64,000 nt of DNA from Eledone cirrhosa (lineage: Eukaryota), in assembly GCA_964016885.1 (NCBI GenBank), contig OZ024758.1, positions 38,812,001 to 38,876,000 on the forward strand. Direction: 5' to 3'. The notes below the pieces were generated by a model. The model did not search any database, was not told the DNA's origin, and saw nothing but the letters and a program-made list of their open reading frames with translations. A program made the translations under genes and the position numbers. Every line of letters starts with the position of its first letter. The stretch's first letter is position 1. Shown piece by piece: positions 13,169 to 27,600 of the stretch.

Positions 13169-16100
13169 TGTAACTCCAATGTTGGTGAGAATTCATTTAA
13201 GTTCATGGTATTAGTTTGTCAGAAGTAACTCCACTGTTGGTGAGAATTCATTTAAGTTCATGGTATTAGCTGTCAGAAGGAACTCCACTGTTGGTGAGAA
13301 TTCATTTAAGTTCATGGTATTAGCTGGCAGAAGTAACTCCACTGTTGGTGAGAATTCATTTAAGTTCATGGTATTAGCTGTCAGAAGTAACTCCACTGTT
13401 GGTGAGAATTCATTTAAGTTCATGGTACTAGCTGTCAGAAGTAACTCCAATGTTGGTGAGAATTCATTTAAGTTCATGGTATTAGCGTCAGAAGTAACTC
13501 CACTGTTGGTGAGAATTCATTTAAGTCATGGTATTTATTAGCTGTCAGAAGTAACACCAATGTTGGTGAGAATTCATTTAAGTTCATGGTATTAGCTGTC
13601 AGAAGTAACTCCACTGTTGGTGAGAATTCATTTAAGTTCATGGTATTAGCTGTCAGAAGTAACTCCACTGTTGGTGAGAATTCATTTAAGTTCATGGTAC
13701 TAGCTGTCAGAAGTAACTCCACTGTTGTTGAGAATTCATTTAAGTTCATGGTATTAGTTTGTCAGAAGTAACTCCACTGTTGGTGAGAATTCATTTAAGT
13801 CATGGTATTAGTTGTCAGAAGTAACTCCAATGTTGGTGAGAATTCATTTAAGTTCATGGTACTAGCTGTCAGAAGTAACTCCACTGTTGGTGAGAATTCA
13901 TTTAAGTCATGGTATTAGCTGTCAGAAGTAACTCCAATGTTGGTGAGAATTCATTTAAGTTCATGGTATTAGCTGTCAGAAGTCACTCCACTGTTGGTGA
14001 GAATTCATTTAAGTTCATGGTACTAGCTGTCAGAAGTAACTCAATGTTGGTGAGAATTCATTTAAGTTCATGGTATTAGCTGTCAGAAGTCACTCCAATG
14101 TTGGTGAGAATTCATTTAAGTTCATGGTATTAGCTGTCAGAAGTAACTCCACTGTTGGTGAGAATTCATTTAAGTTCATGGTATTAGCTGTCAGAAGTAA
14201 CTCCACTGTTGGTGAGAATTCATTTAAGTTCATGGTATTAGCTGTCAGAAGTAACTCCACTGTTGGTGAGAATTCATTTAAGTTCATGGTATTAGCTGTC
14301 AGAAGTAACTCCACTGTTGGTGAGAATTCATTTAAGTTCATGGTACTAGCTGTCAGAAGTAACTCCACTGTTGGTGAGAATTCATTTAAGTTCATGGTAT
14401 TAGCTGTCAGAAGTCACTCCAATGTTGGTGAGAATTCATTTAAGTTCATGGTATTAGCTGTCAGAAGTCACTCCACTGTTGGTGAGAATTCATTTAAGTT
14501 CATGGTACTAGCTGTCAGAAGTAACCCCAATGTTGGTGAGAATTCATTTAAGTTCATGGTATTAGCTGTCAGAAGTCACTCCAATGTTGGTGAGAATTCA
14601 TTTAAGTTCATGGTATTAGCTGTCAGAAGTAACTCCACTGTTGGTGAGAATTCATTTAAGTTCATGGTATTAGCTGTCAGAAGTAACTCCACTGTTGGTG
14701 AGAATTCATTTAAGTTCATGGTATTAGCTGTCAGAAGGAACTCCACTGTTGGTGAGAATTCATTTAAGTTCATGGTACTAGCTGTCAGAAGTAACTCCAC
14801 TGTTGGTGAGAATTCATTTAAGTTCATGGTATTAGTTTGTCAGAATAACTCCACTGTTGGTGAGAATTCATTTAAGTCATGGTACTAGCTGTCAGAAGTA
14901 ACTCCACTGTTGGTGAGAATTCATTTAAGTTCATGGTATTAGCTGTCAGAAGTAACTCCACTGTTGGTGAGAATTCATTTAGGTTCATGGTATTAGCTGT
15001 CAGAAGTAACTCCACTGTTGGTGAGAATTCATTTAAGTTCATGGTATTAGCTGTTAGATGGAACTCCAATGTTGGTGAGAATTCATTTAAGTCATGGTAC
15101 TAGCTGTCAGAAGTAACTCCACTGTTGGTGAGAATTCATTTAAGTTCATGGTATTAGCTGTCAGAAGGAACGCCACTGTATGTGAGAATTCATTTAAGTT
15201 AATGGTATTAGCTGTCAGAAGTAACTCCACTGTTGGTGAGAATTCATTTAAGTTCATGGTACTAGGTGTCAGAAGTAACTCCAATGTTGGTGAGAATTCA
15301 TTTAAGTTCATGGTATTAGCTGTCAGAAGGAACTCCACTGTTGCTGAGAATTCATTTAAGTTCATGGTATTAGCTGTCAGAAGTAACTCCAATGTTGGTG
15401 AGAATTCATTTAAGTTCATGGTATTAGCTGTCAGAAGTAACTCCACTGTTGGTGAGAATTCATTTAAGTTCATGGTATTAGCTGTCAGAAGTAACTCCAC
15501 TGCTGGTGAGAATTCATTTAAGTCATGGTATTAGCTGTCAGAAGTAACTCCAGTGTTGGTGAGAATTTATTTAAGTTCATGGTATTAGCTGTCAGAAGTC
15601 ACTCCACTGTTGGTGAGAATTCATTTAAGTTCATGGTACTAGCTGTCAGAAGTAACCCCAATGTTGGTGAGAATTCATTTAAGTTTCATGGTATTAGCTG
15701 TCAGAAGTCACTCCAATGTTGGTGAGAATTCATTTAAGTTCATGGTATTAGCTGTCAGAAGTAACTCCACTGTTGGTGAGAATTCATTTAAGTTCATGGT
15801 ATTAGCTGTCAGAAGTAACTCCACTGTTGGTGAGAATTCATTTAAGTTCATGGTATTAGCTGTTAGATGGAACTCCAATGTTGGTGAGAATTCATTTAAG
15901 TCATGGTACTAGCTGTCAGAAGTAACTCCACTGTTGGTGAGAATTCATTTAAGTTCATGGTATTAGCTGTCAGAAGGAACGCCACTGTTGGTGAGAATTC
16001 ATTTAAGTTCATGGTATTAGCTGTCAGAAGTAACTCCACTGTTGGTGAGAATTCATTTAAGTTCATGGTACTAGCTGTCAGAAGTAACTCCAATGTTGGT

Positions 16101-18029
16101 GAGAATTCATTTAAGTTCATGGTATTAGCTGTCAGAAGGAACTCCACTGTTGCTGAGAATTCATTTAAGTTCATGGTATTAGCTGTCAGAAGTAACTCCA
16201 CTGTTGGTGAGAATTCATTTAAGTTCATGGTATTAGCTGTCAGAAGTAACTCCACTGTTGGTGAGAATTCATTTAAGTCATGGTATTAGCTGTCAGAAGT
16301 AACTCCATTGTTGGTGAGAATTCATTTAAGTCATGGTACTAGCTGTCAGAAGTAACTCCAATGTTGGTGAGAATTCATTTAAGTCATGGTACTAGCTGTC
16401 AGAAGTAACTCCAATGTTGGTGAGAATTCATTTAAGTTCATGGTATTAGCTGTCAGAAGGAACTCCACTGTTGGTGAGAATTCATTTAAGTTCATGGTAT
16501 TAGCTGTCAGAAGTAACTCCACTGTTGGTGAGAATTCATTTAAGTTCATGGTATTAGCTGTCAGAAGTAACTCCACTGTTGGTGAGAATTCATTTAAGTT
16601 CATGGTACTAGCTGTCAGAAGTAACTCCAATGTTGGTGAGAATTCATTTAAGTTCATGGTATTAGCTGTCAGAAGTAACTCCACTGTTGGTGAGAATTCA
16701 TTTAAGTCATAGTATTTATTAGCTGTCAGAAGTAACTCCACTGTTGGTGAGAATTCATTTAAGTTCATGGTACTAGCTGTCAGAAGTAACTCCAATGTTG
16801 GTGAGAATTCATTTAAGTTCATGGTACTAGGTGTCAGAAGTAACTCCACTGTTGTTGAGAATTCATTTAAGTTCATGGTATTAGTTTGTCAGAAGTAACT
16901 CCACTGTTGGTGAGAATTCATTTAAGTCATGGTATTAGTTGTCAGAAGTAACTCCACTGTTGGTGAGAATTCATTTAAGTTCATGGTTTTAGCTGTCAGA
17001 AGTAACTCCACTGTTGGTGAGAATTCATTTAAGTTCATGGTATTAGCTGTCAGAAGTAACCCCAATGTTGGTGAGAATTCATTTAAGTTCATGGTACTAG
17101 CTGTCAGAAGTAACTCCAATGTTGGTGAGAATTCATTTAAGTCATGGTACTAGCTGTCAGAAGTAACTCCACTGTTGGTGAGAATTCATTTAAGTTCATG
17201 GTATTAGCTGTCAGAAGGAACGCCACTGTTGGTGAGAATTCATTTAAGTTAATGGTATTAGCTGTCAGAAGTAACTCCACTGTTGGTGAGAATTCATTTA
17301 AGTTCATGGTACTAGGTGTCAGAAGTAACTCCAATGTTGGTGAGAATTCATTTAAGTTCATGGTATTAGCTGTCAGAAGGAACTCCACTGTTGCTGAGAA
17401 TTCATTTAAGTTCATGGTATTAGCTGTCAGAAGTAACTCCAATGTTGGTGAGAATTCATTTAAGTTCATGGTTTTAGCTGTCAGAAGTAACTCCACTGTT
17501 GGTGAGAATTCATTTAAGTTCATGGTATTAGCTGTCAGAAGTAACTCCACTGTTGGTGAGAATTCATTTAAGTTCATGGTATTAGCTGTCAGAAGTCACT
17601 CCAATGTTGGTGAGAATTCATTTAAGTTCATGGTATTAGCTGTCAGAAGTAACTCCAATGTTGGTGAGAATTCATTTAAGTTCATGGTATTAGCTGTCAG
17701 AAGTAACTCCACTGTTGGTGAGAATTCATTTAAGTTCATGGTATTAGCTGTCAGAAGTAACTCCACTGTTGGTGAGAATTCATTTAAGTCATGGTATTAG
17801 CTGTCAGAAGTAACTCCAATGTTGGTGAGAATTTATTTAAGTTCATGGTATTAGCTGTCAGAAGTCACTCCACTGTTGGTGAGAATTCATTTAAGTTCAT
17901 GGTACTAGCTGTCAGAAGTAACCCCAATGTTGGTGAGAATTCATTTAAGTTCATGGTATTAGCTGTCAGAAGTCACTCCAATGTTGGTGAGAATTCATTT
18001 AAGTTCATGGTATTAGCTGTCAGAAGTAA

Positions 18030-21000
18030 CTCCACTGTTGGTGAGAATTCATTTAAGTTCATGGTATTAGCTGTCAGAAGTAACTCCACTGTTGGTGAGA
18101 ATTCATTTAAGTTCATGGTATTAGCTGTTAGATGGAACTCCAATGTTGGTGAGAATTCATTTAAGTCATGGTACTAGCTGTCAGAAGTAACTCCACTGTT
18201 GGTGAGAATTCATTTAAGTTCATGGTATTAGCTGTCAGAAGGAACGCCACTGTTGGTGAGAATTCATTTAAGTTCATGGTATTAGCTGTCAGAAGTAACT
18301 CCACTGTTGGTGAGAATTCATTTAAGTTCATGGTACTAGCTGTCAGATGTAACTCCAATGTTGGTGAGAATTCATTTAAGTTCATGGTATTAGTTTGTCA
18401 GAAGTAACTCCACTGTTGCTGAGAATTCATTTAAGTCATGGTATTAGTTGTCAGAAGTAACTCCAATGTTGGTGAGAATTCATTTAAGTTCATGGTACTA
18501 GCTGTCAGAAGTAACTCCACTGTTGGTGAGAATTCATTTAAGTCATGGTATTAGCTGTCAGAAGTAACTCCAATGTTGGTGAGAATTCATTTAAGTTCAT
18601 GGTATTAGCTGTCAGAAGTCACTCCACTGTTGGTGAGAATTCATTTAAGTTCATGGTACTAGCTGTCAGAAGTAACCCAATGTTGGTGAGAATTCATTTA
18701 AGTTCATGGTATTAGCTGTCAGAAGTCACTCCAATGTTGGTGAGAATTCATTTAAGTTCATGGTATTAGCTGTCAGAAGTAACTCCACTGTTGGTGAGAA
18801 TTCATTTAAGTTCATGGTATTAGCTGTCAGAAGTAACTCCACTGTTGGTGAGAATTCATTTAAGTTCATGGTATTAGCTGACAGAAGGAACGCCACTGTT
18901 GGTGAGAATTCATTTAAGTTCATGGTATTAGCTGTCAGAAGTAACTCCACTGTTGGTGAGAATTCATTTAAGTTCATGGTACTAGCTGTCAGAAGTAACT
19001 CCAATGTTGGTGAGAATTCATTTAAGTTCATGGTATTAGCTGTCAGAAGGAACTCCACTGTTGCTGAGAATTCATTTACGTTCATGGTATTAGCTGTCAG
19101 AAGTAACTCCACTGTTGGTGAGAATTCATTTAAGTTCATGGTACTAGCTGTCAGAAGTAACTCCACTGTTGGTGAGAATTCATTTAAGTTCATGGTATTA
19201 GCTGTCAGAAGTAACTCCACTGTTGGTGAGAATTCATTTAAGTTCATGGTATTAGCTGTTAGATGGAACTCCAATGTTGGTGAGAATTCATTTAAGTCAT
19301 GGTACTAGCTGTCAGAAGTAACTCCACTGTTGGTGAGAATTCATTTAAGTTCATGGTATTAGCTGTCAGAAGGAATGCCACTGTTGGTGAGAATTCATTT
19401 AAGTTAATGGTATTAGCTGTCAGAAGTAACTCCACTGTTGGTGAGAATTCATTTAAGTTCATGGTACTAGGTGTCAGAAGTAACTCCAATGTTGGTGAGA
19501 ATTCATTTAAGTTCATGGTATTAGCTGTCAGAAGGAACTCCACTGTTGCTGAGAATTCATTTAAGTTCATGGTATTAGCTGTCAGAAGTAACTCCACTGT
19601 TGGTGAGAATTCATTTAAGTTCATGGTATTAGCTGTCAGAAGTAACTCCACTGTTGGTGAGAATTCATTTAAGTCATGGTATTAGCTGTCAGAAGTAACT
19701 CCAATGTTGGTGAGAATTTATTTAAGTTCATGGTATTAGCTGTCAGAAGTCACTCCACTGTTGGTGAGAATTCATTTAAGTTCATGGTACTAGCTGTCAG
19801 AAGTAACCCCAATGTTGGTGAGAATTCATTTAAGTTCATGGTATTAGCTGTCAGAAGTCACTCCAATGTTGGTGAGAATTCATTTAAGTTCATGGTATTA
19901 GCTGTCAGAAGTAACTCCACTGTTGGTGAGAATTCATTTAAGTTCATGGTATTAGCTGTCAGAAGTAACTCCACTGTTGGTGAGAATTCATTTAAGTTCA
20001 TGGTATTAGCTGTTAGATGGAACTCCAATGTTGGTGAGAATTCATTTAAGTCATGGTACTAGCTGTCAGAAGTAACTCCACTGTTGGTGAGAATTCATTT
20101 AAGTTCATGGTATTAGCTGTCAGAAGGAACGCCACTGTTGGTGAGAATTCATTTAAGTTCATGGTATTAGCTGTCAGAAGTAACTCCACTGTTGGTGAGA
20201 ATTCATTTAAGTTCATGGTACTAGCTGTCAGAAGTAACTCCAATGTTGGTGAGAATTCATTTAAGTTCATGGTATTAGCTGTCAGAAGGAACTCCACTGT
20301 TGCTGAGAATTCATTTAAGTTCATGGTATTAGCTGTCAGAAGTAACTCCACTGTTGGTGAGAATTCATTTAAGTTCATGGTATTAGCTGTCAGAAGTAAC
20401 TCCACTGTTGGTGAGAATTCATTTAAGTCATGGTATTAGCTGTCAGAAGTAACTCCATTGTTGGTGAGAATTCATTTAAGTCATGGTACTAGCTGTCAGA
20501 AGTAACTCCAATGTTGGTGAGAATTCATTTAAGTCATGGTACTAGCTGTCAGAAGTAACTCCAATGTTGGTGAGAATTCATTTAAGTTCATGGTATTAGC
20601 TGTCAGAAGCCACTCCTCTGTTGGTGAGAATTCATTTAAGTTCATGGTACTAGCTGTCAGAAGTAACCCCAATGTTGGTGAGAATTCATTTAAGTTCATG
20701 GTATTAGCTGTCAGAAGTCACTCCAATGTTGGTGAGAATTCATTTAAGTTCATGGTATTAGCTGTCAGAAGTAACTCCACTGTTGGTGAGAATTCATTTA
20801 AGTTCATGGTATTAGCTGTCAGAAGTAACTCCACTGTTGGTGAGAATTCATTTAAGTTCATGGTATTAGCTGTTAGATGGAACTCCAATGTTGGTGAGAA
20901 TTCATTTAAGTCATGGTACTAGCTGTCAGAAGTAACTCCACTGTTGGTGAGAATTCATTTAAGTTCATGGTATTAGCTGTCAGAAGGAACGCCACTGTTG

Positions 21001-24000
21001 GTGAGAATTCATTTAAGTTCATGGTATTAGTTTGTCAGAAGTAACTCCACTGTTGGTGAGAATTCATTTAAGTCATGGTACTAGCTGTCAGAAGTAACTC
21101 CACTGTTGGTGAGAATTCATTTAAGTTCATGGTATTAGCTGTCAGAAGTAACTCCACTGTTGGTGAGAATTCATTTAACTTCATGGTATTAGCTGTCAGA
21201 AGTAACTCCACTGTTGGTGAGAATTCATTTAAGTTCATGGTATTAGCTGTTAGATGGAACTCCAATGTTGGTGAGAATTCATTTAAGTCATGGTATTAGC
21301 TGTCAGAAGTAACTCCAATGTTGGTGAGAATTTATTTAAGTTCATGGTATTAGCTGTCAGAAGTCGCTCCACTGTTGGTGAGAATTCATTTAAGTTCATG
21401 GTATTAGCTGTCAGAAGTAACTCCACTGTTGGTGAGAATTCATTTAAGTTCATGGTATTAGCTGTTAGATGGAACTCCAATGTTGGTGAGAATTCATTTA
21501 AGTCATGGTACTAGCTGTCAGAAGTAACTCCACTGTTGGTGAGAATTCATTTAAGTTCATGGTATTAGCTGTCAGAAGGAACGCCACTGTTGGTGAGAAT
21601 TCATTTAAGTTCATGGTATTAGCTGTCAGAAGTAACTCCACTGTTGGTGAGAATTCATTTAAGTTCATGGTACTAGCTGTCAGATGTAACTCCAATGTTG
21701 GTGAGAATTCATTTAAGTTCATGGTATTAGTTTGTCAGAAGTAACTCCACTGTTGCTGAGAATTCATTTAAGTCATGGTATTAGTTGTCAGAAGTAACTC
21801 CAATGTTGGTGAGAATTCATTTAAGTTCATGGTACTAGCTGTCAGAAGTAACTCCACTGTTGGTGAGAATTCATTTAAGTCATGGTATTAGCTGTCAGAA
21901 GTAACTCCAATGTTGGTGAGAATTCATTTAAGTTCATGGTATTAGCTGTCAGAAGTCACTCCACTGTTGGTGAGAATTCATTTAAGTTCATGGTACTAGC
22001 TGTCAGAAGTAACCCAATGTTGGTGAGAATTCATTTAAGTTCATGGTATTAGCTGTCAGAAGTCACTCCAATGTTGGTGAGAATTCATTTAAGTTCATGG
22101 TATTAGCTGTCAGAAGTAACTCCACTGTTGGTGAGAATTCATTTAAGTTCATGGTATTAGCTGTCAGAAGTAACTCCACTGTTGGTGAGAATTCATTTAA
22201 GTTCATGGTATTAGCTGACAGAAGGAACGCCACTGTTGGTGAGAATTCATTTAAGTTCATGGTATTAGCTGTCAGAAGTAACTCCACTGTTGGTGAGAAT
22301 TCATTTAAGTTCATGGTACTAGCTGTCAGAAGTAACTCCAATGTTGGTGAGAATTCATTTAAGTTCATGGTATTAGCTGTCAGAAGGAACTCCACTGTTG
22401 CTGAGAATTCATTTACGTTCATGGTATTAGCTGTCAGAAGTAACTCCACTGTTGGTGAGAATTCATTTAAGTTCATGGTACTAGCTGTCAGAAGTAACTC
22501 CACTGTTGGTGAGAATTCATTTAAGTTCATGGTATTAGCTGTCAGAAGTAACTCCACTGTTGGTGAGAATTCATTTAAGTTCATGGTATTAGCTGTTAGA
22601 TGGAACTCCAATGTTGGTGAGAATTCATTTAAGTCATGGTACTAGCTGTCAGAAGTAACTCCACTGTTGGTGAGAATTCATTTAAGTTCATGGTATTAGC
22701 TGTCAGAAGGAATGCCACTGTTGGTGAGAATTCATTTAAGTTAATGGTATTAGCTGTCAGAAGTAACTCCACTGTTGGTGAGAATTCATTTAAGTTCATG
22801 GTACTAGGTGTCAGAAGTAACTCCAATGTTGGTGAGAATTCATTTAAGTTCATGGTATTAGCTGTCAGAAGGAACTCCACTGTTGCTGAGAATTCATTTA
22901 AGTTCATGGTATTAGCTGTCAGAAGTAACTCCACTGTTGGTGAGAATTCATTTAAGTTCATGGTATTAGCTGTCAGAAGTAACTCCACTGTTGGTGAGAA
23001 TTCATTTAAGTCATGGTATTAGCTGTCAGAAGTAACTCCAATGTTGGTGAGAATTTATTTAAGTTCATGGTATTAGCTGTCAGAAGTCACTCCACTGTTG
23101 GTGAGAATTCATTTAAGTTCATGGTACTAGCTGTCAGAAGTAACCCCAATGTTGGTGAGAATTCATTTAAGTTCATGGTATTAGCTGTCAGAAGTCACTC
23201 CAATGTTGGTGAGAATTCATTTAAGTTCATGGTATTAGCTGTCAGAAGTAACTCCACTGTTGGTGAGAATTCATTTAAGTTCATGGTATTAGCTGTCAGA
23301 AGTAACTCCACTGTTGGTGAGAATTCATTTAAGTTCATGGTATTAGCTGTTAGATGGAACTCCAATGTTGGTGAGAATTCATTTAAGTCATGGTACTAGC
23401 TGTCAGAAGTAACTCCACTGTTGGTGAGAATTCATTTAAGTTCATGGTATTAGCTGTCAGAAGGAACGCCACTGTTGGTGAGAATTCATTTAAGTTCATG
23501 GTATTAGCTGTCAGAAGTAACTCCACTGTTGGTGAGAATTCATTTAAGTTCATGGTACTAGCTGTCAGAAGTAACTCCAATGTTGGTGAGAATTCATTTA
23601 AGTTCATGGTATTAGCTGTCAGAAGGAACTCCACTGTTGCTGAGAATTCATTTAAGTTCATGGTATTAGCTGTCAGAAGTAACTCCACTGTTGGTGAGAA
23701 TTCATTTAAGTTCATGGTATTAGCTGTCAGAAGTAACTCCACTGTTGGTGAGAATTCATTTAAGTCATGGTATTAGCTGTCAGAAGTAACTCCATTGTTG
23801 GTGAGAATTCATTTAAGTCATGGTACTAGCTGTCAGAAGTAACTCCAATGTTGGTGAGAATTCATTTAAGTCATGGTACTAGCTGTCAGAAGTAACTCCA
23901 ATGTTGGTGAGAATTCATTTAAGTTCATGGTATTAGCTGTCAGAAGCCACTCCTCTGTTGGTGAGAATTCATTTAAGTTCATGGTACTAGCTGTCAGAAG

Positions 24001-24631
24001 TAACCCCAATGTTGGTGAGAATTCATTTAAGTTCATGGTATTAGCTGTCAGAAGTCACTCCAATGTTGGTGAGAATTCATTTAAGTTCATGGTATTAGCT
24101 GTCAGAAGTAACTCCACTGTTGGTGAGAATTCATTTAAGTTCATGGTATTAGCTGTCAGAAGTAACTCCACTGTTGGTGAGAATTCATTTAAGTTCATGG
24201 TATTAGCTGTTAGATGGAACTCCAATGTTGGTGAGAATTCATTTAAGTCATGGTACTAGCTGTCAGAAGTAACTCCACTGTTGGTGAGAATTCATTTAAG
24301 TTCATGGTATTAGCTGTCAGAAGGAACGCCACTGTTGGTGAGAATTCATTTAAGTTCATGGTATTAGTTTGTCAGAAGTAACTCCACTGTTGGTGAGAAT
24401 TCATTTAAGTCATGGTACTAGCTGTCAGAAGTAACTCCACTGTTGGTGAGAATTCATTTAAGTTCATGGTATTAGCTGTCAGAAGTAACTCCACTGTTGG
24501 TGAGAATTCATTTAAGTTCATGGTATTAGCTGTCAGAAGTAACTCCACTGTTGGTGAGAATTCATTTAAGTTCATGGTATTAGCTGTTAGATGGAACTCC
24601 AATGTTGGTGAGAATTCATTTAAGTCATGGT
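18030..24631 (+). repeat. Near-perfect tandem duplication, period 3337 bp (62 monomers)
   Basis: Seven consecutive ORF starts are offset by exactly 3337 (18168/21505 through 21075/24412). The private marker AGCCACTCCTCT occurs at 20608/23945. Confidence 0.93.
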
Positions 24632-27600
24632 ACTAGCTGTCAGAAGTAACTCCACTGTTGGTGAGAATTCATTTAAGTTCATGGTATTAGCTGTCAGAAG
24701 GAATGCCACTGTTGGTGAGAATTCATTTAAGTTAATGGTATTAGCTGTCAGAAGTAACTCCACTGTTGGTGAGAATTCATTTAAGTTCATGGTACTAGGT
24801 GTCAGAAGTAACTCCAATGTTGGTGAGAATTCATTTAAGTTCATGGTATTAGCTGTCAGAAGGAACTCCACTGTTGCTGAGAATTCATTTAAGTTCATGG
24901 TATTAGCTGTCAGAAGTAACTCCACTGTTGGTGAGAATTCATTTAAGTTCATGGTATTAGCTGTCAGAAGTAACTCCACTGTTGGTGAGAATTCATTTAA
25001 GTCATGGTATTAGCTGTCAGAAGTAACTCCAATGTTGGTGAGAATTTATTTAAGTTCATGGTATTAGCTGTCAGAAGTCACTCCACTGTTGGTGAGAATT
25101 CATTTAAGTTCATGGTACTAGCTGTCAGAAGTAACCCCAATGTTGGTGAGAATTCATTTAAGTTCATGGTATTAGCTGTCAGAAGTCACTCCAATGTTGG
25201 TGAGAATTCATTTAAGTTCATGGTATTAGCTGTCAGAAGTAACTCCACTGTTGGTGAGAATTCATTTAAGTTCATGGTATTAGCTGTCAGAAGTAACTCC
25301 ACTGTTGGTGAGAATTCATTTAAGTTCATGGTATTAGCTGTTAGATGGAACTCCAATGTTGGTGAGAATTCATTTAAGTCATGGTACTAGCTGTCAGAAG
25401 TAACTCCACTGTTGGTGAGAATTCATTTAAGTTCATGGTATTAGCTGTCAGAAGGAACGCCACTGTTGGTGAGAATTCATTTAAGTTCATGGTATTAGCT
25501 GTCAGAAGTAACTCCACTGTTGGTGAGAATTCATTTAAGTTCATGGTACTAGCTGTCAGAAGTAACTCCAATGTTGGTGAGAATTCATTTAAGTTCATGG
25601 TATTAGCTGTCAGAAGGAACTCCACTGTTGCTGAGAATTCATTTAAGTTCATGGTATTAGCTGTCAGAAGTAACTCCACTGTTGGTGAGAATTCATTTAA
25701 GTTCATGGTATTAGCTGTCAGAAGTAACTCCACTGTTGGTGAGAATTCATTTAAGTCATGGTATTAGCTGTCAGAAGTAACTCCATTGTTGGTGAGAATT
25801 CATTTAAGTCATGGTACTAGCTGTCAGAAGTAACTCCAATGTTGGTGAGAATTCATTTAAGTCATGGTACTAGCTGTCAGAAGTAACTCCAATGTTGGTG
25901 AGAATTCATTTAAGTTCATGGTATTAGCTGTCAGAAGTAACTCCACTGTTGGTGAGAATTCATTTAAGTCATGGTATTTATTAGCTGTCAGAAGTAACAC
26001 CAATGTTGGTGAGAATTCATTTAAGTTCATGGTATTAGCTGTCAGAAGTAACTCCACTGTTGGTGAGAATTCATTTAAGTTCATGGTATTAGCTGTCAGA
26101 AGTAACTCCACTGTTGGTGAGAATTCATTTAAGTTCATGGTACTAGCTGTCAGAAGTAACTCCACTGTTGTTGAGAATTCATTTAAGTTCATGGTATTAG
26201 TTTGTCAGAAGTAACTCCACTGTTGGTGAGAATTCATTTAAGTCATGGTATTAGTTGTCAGAAGTAACTCCACTGTTGGTGAGAATTCATTTAAGTTCAT
26301 GGTATTAGCTGTTAGATGGAACTCCAATGTTGGTGAGAATTCATTTAAGTCATGGTACTAGCTGTCAGAAGTAACTCCACTGTTGGTGAGAATTCATTTA
26401 AGTTCATGGTATTAGCTGTCAGAAGGAACGCCACTGTTGGTGAGAATTCATTTAAGTTAATGGTATTAGCTGTCAGAAGTAACTCCACTGTTGGTGAGAA
26501 TTCATTTAAGTTCATGGTACTAGGTGTCAGAAGTAACTCCAATGTTGGTGAGAATTCATTTAAGTTCATGGTATTAGCTGTCAGAAGGAACTCCACTGTT
26601 GCTGAGAATTCATTTAAGGATCATGGTATTAGCTGTCAGAAGTAACTCCAATGTTGGTGAGAATTCATTTAAGTTCATGGTATTAGCTGTCAGAAGTAAC
26701 TCCACTGTTGGTGAGAATTCATTTAAGTTCATGGTATTAGCTGTCAGAAGTAACTCCACTGTTGGTGAGAATTCATTTAAGTCATGGTATTAGCTGTCAG
26801 AAGTAACTCCAATGTTGGTGAGAATTTATTTAAGTTCATGGTATTAGCTGTCAGAAGTCACTCCACTGTTGGTGAGAATTCATTTAAGTTCATGGTACTA
26901 GCTGTCAGAAGTAACCCCAATGTTGGTGAGAATTCATTTAAGTTCATGGTATTAGCTGTCAGAAGTCACTCCAATGTTGGTGAGAATTCATTTAAGTTCA
27001 TGGTATTAGCTGTCAGAAGTAACTCCACTGTTGGTGAGAATTCATTTAAGTTCATGGTATTAGCTGTCAGAAGTAACTCCACTGTTGGTGAGAATTCATT
27101 TAAGTTCATGGTATTAGCTGTTAGATGGAACTCCAATGTTGGTGAGAATTCATTTAAGTCATGGTACTAGCTGTCAGAAGTAACTCCACTGTTGGTGAGA
27201 ATTCATTTAAGTTCATGGTATTAGCTGTCAGAAGGAACGCCACTGTTGGTGAGAATTCATTTAAGTTCATGGTATTAGCTGTCAGAAGTAACTCCACTGT
27301 TGGTGAGAATTCATTTAAGTTCATGGTACTAGCTGTCAGATGTAACTCCAATGTTGGTGAGAATTCATTTAAGTTCATGGTATTAGTTTGTCAGAAGTAA
27401 CTCCACTGTTGCTGAGAATTCATTTAAGTCATGGTATTAGTTGTCAGAAGTAACTCCAATGTTGGTGAGAATTCATTTAAGTTCATGGTACTAGCTGTCA
27501 GAAGTAACTCCACTGTTGGTGAGAATTCATTTAAGTCATGGTATTAGCTGTCAGAAGTAACTCCAATGTTGGTGAGAATTCATTTAAGTTCATGGTATTA

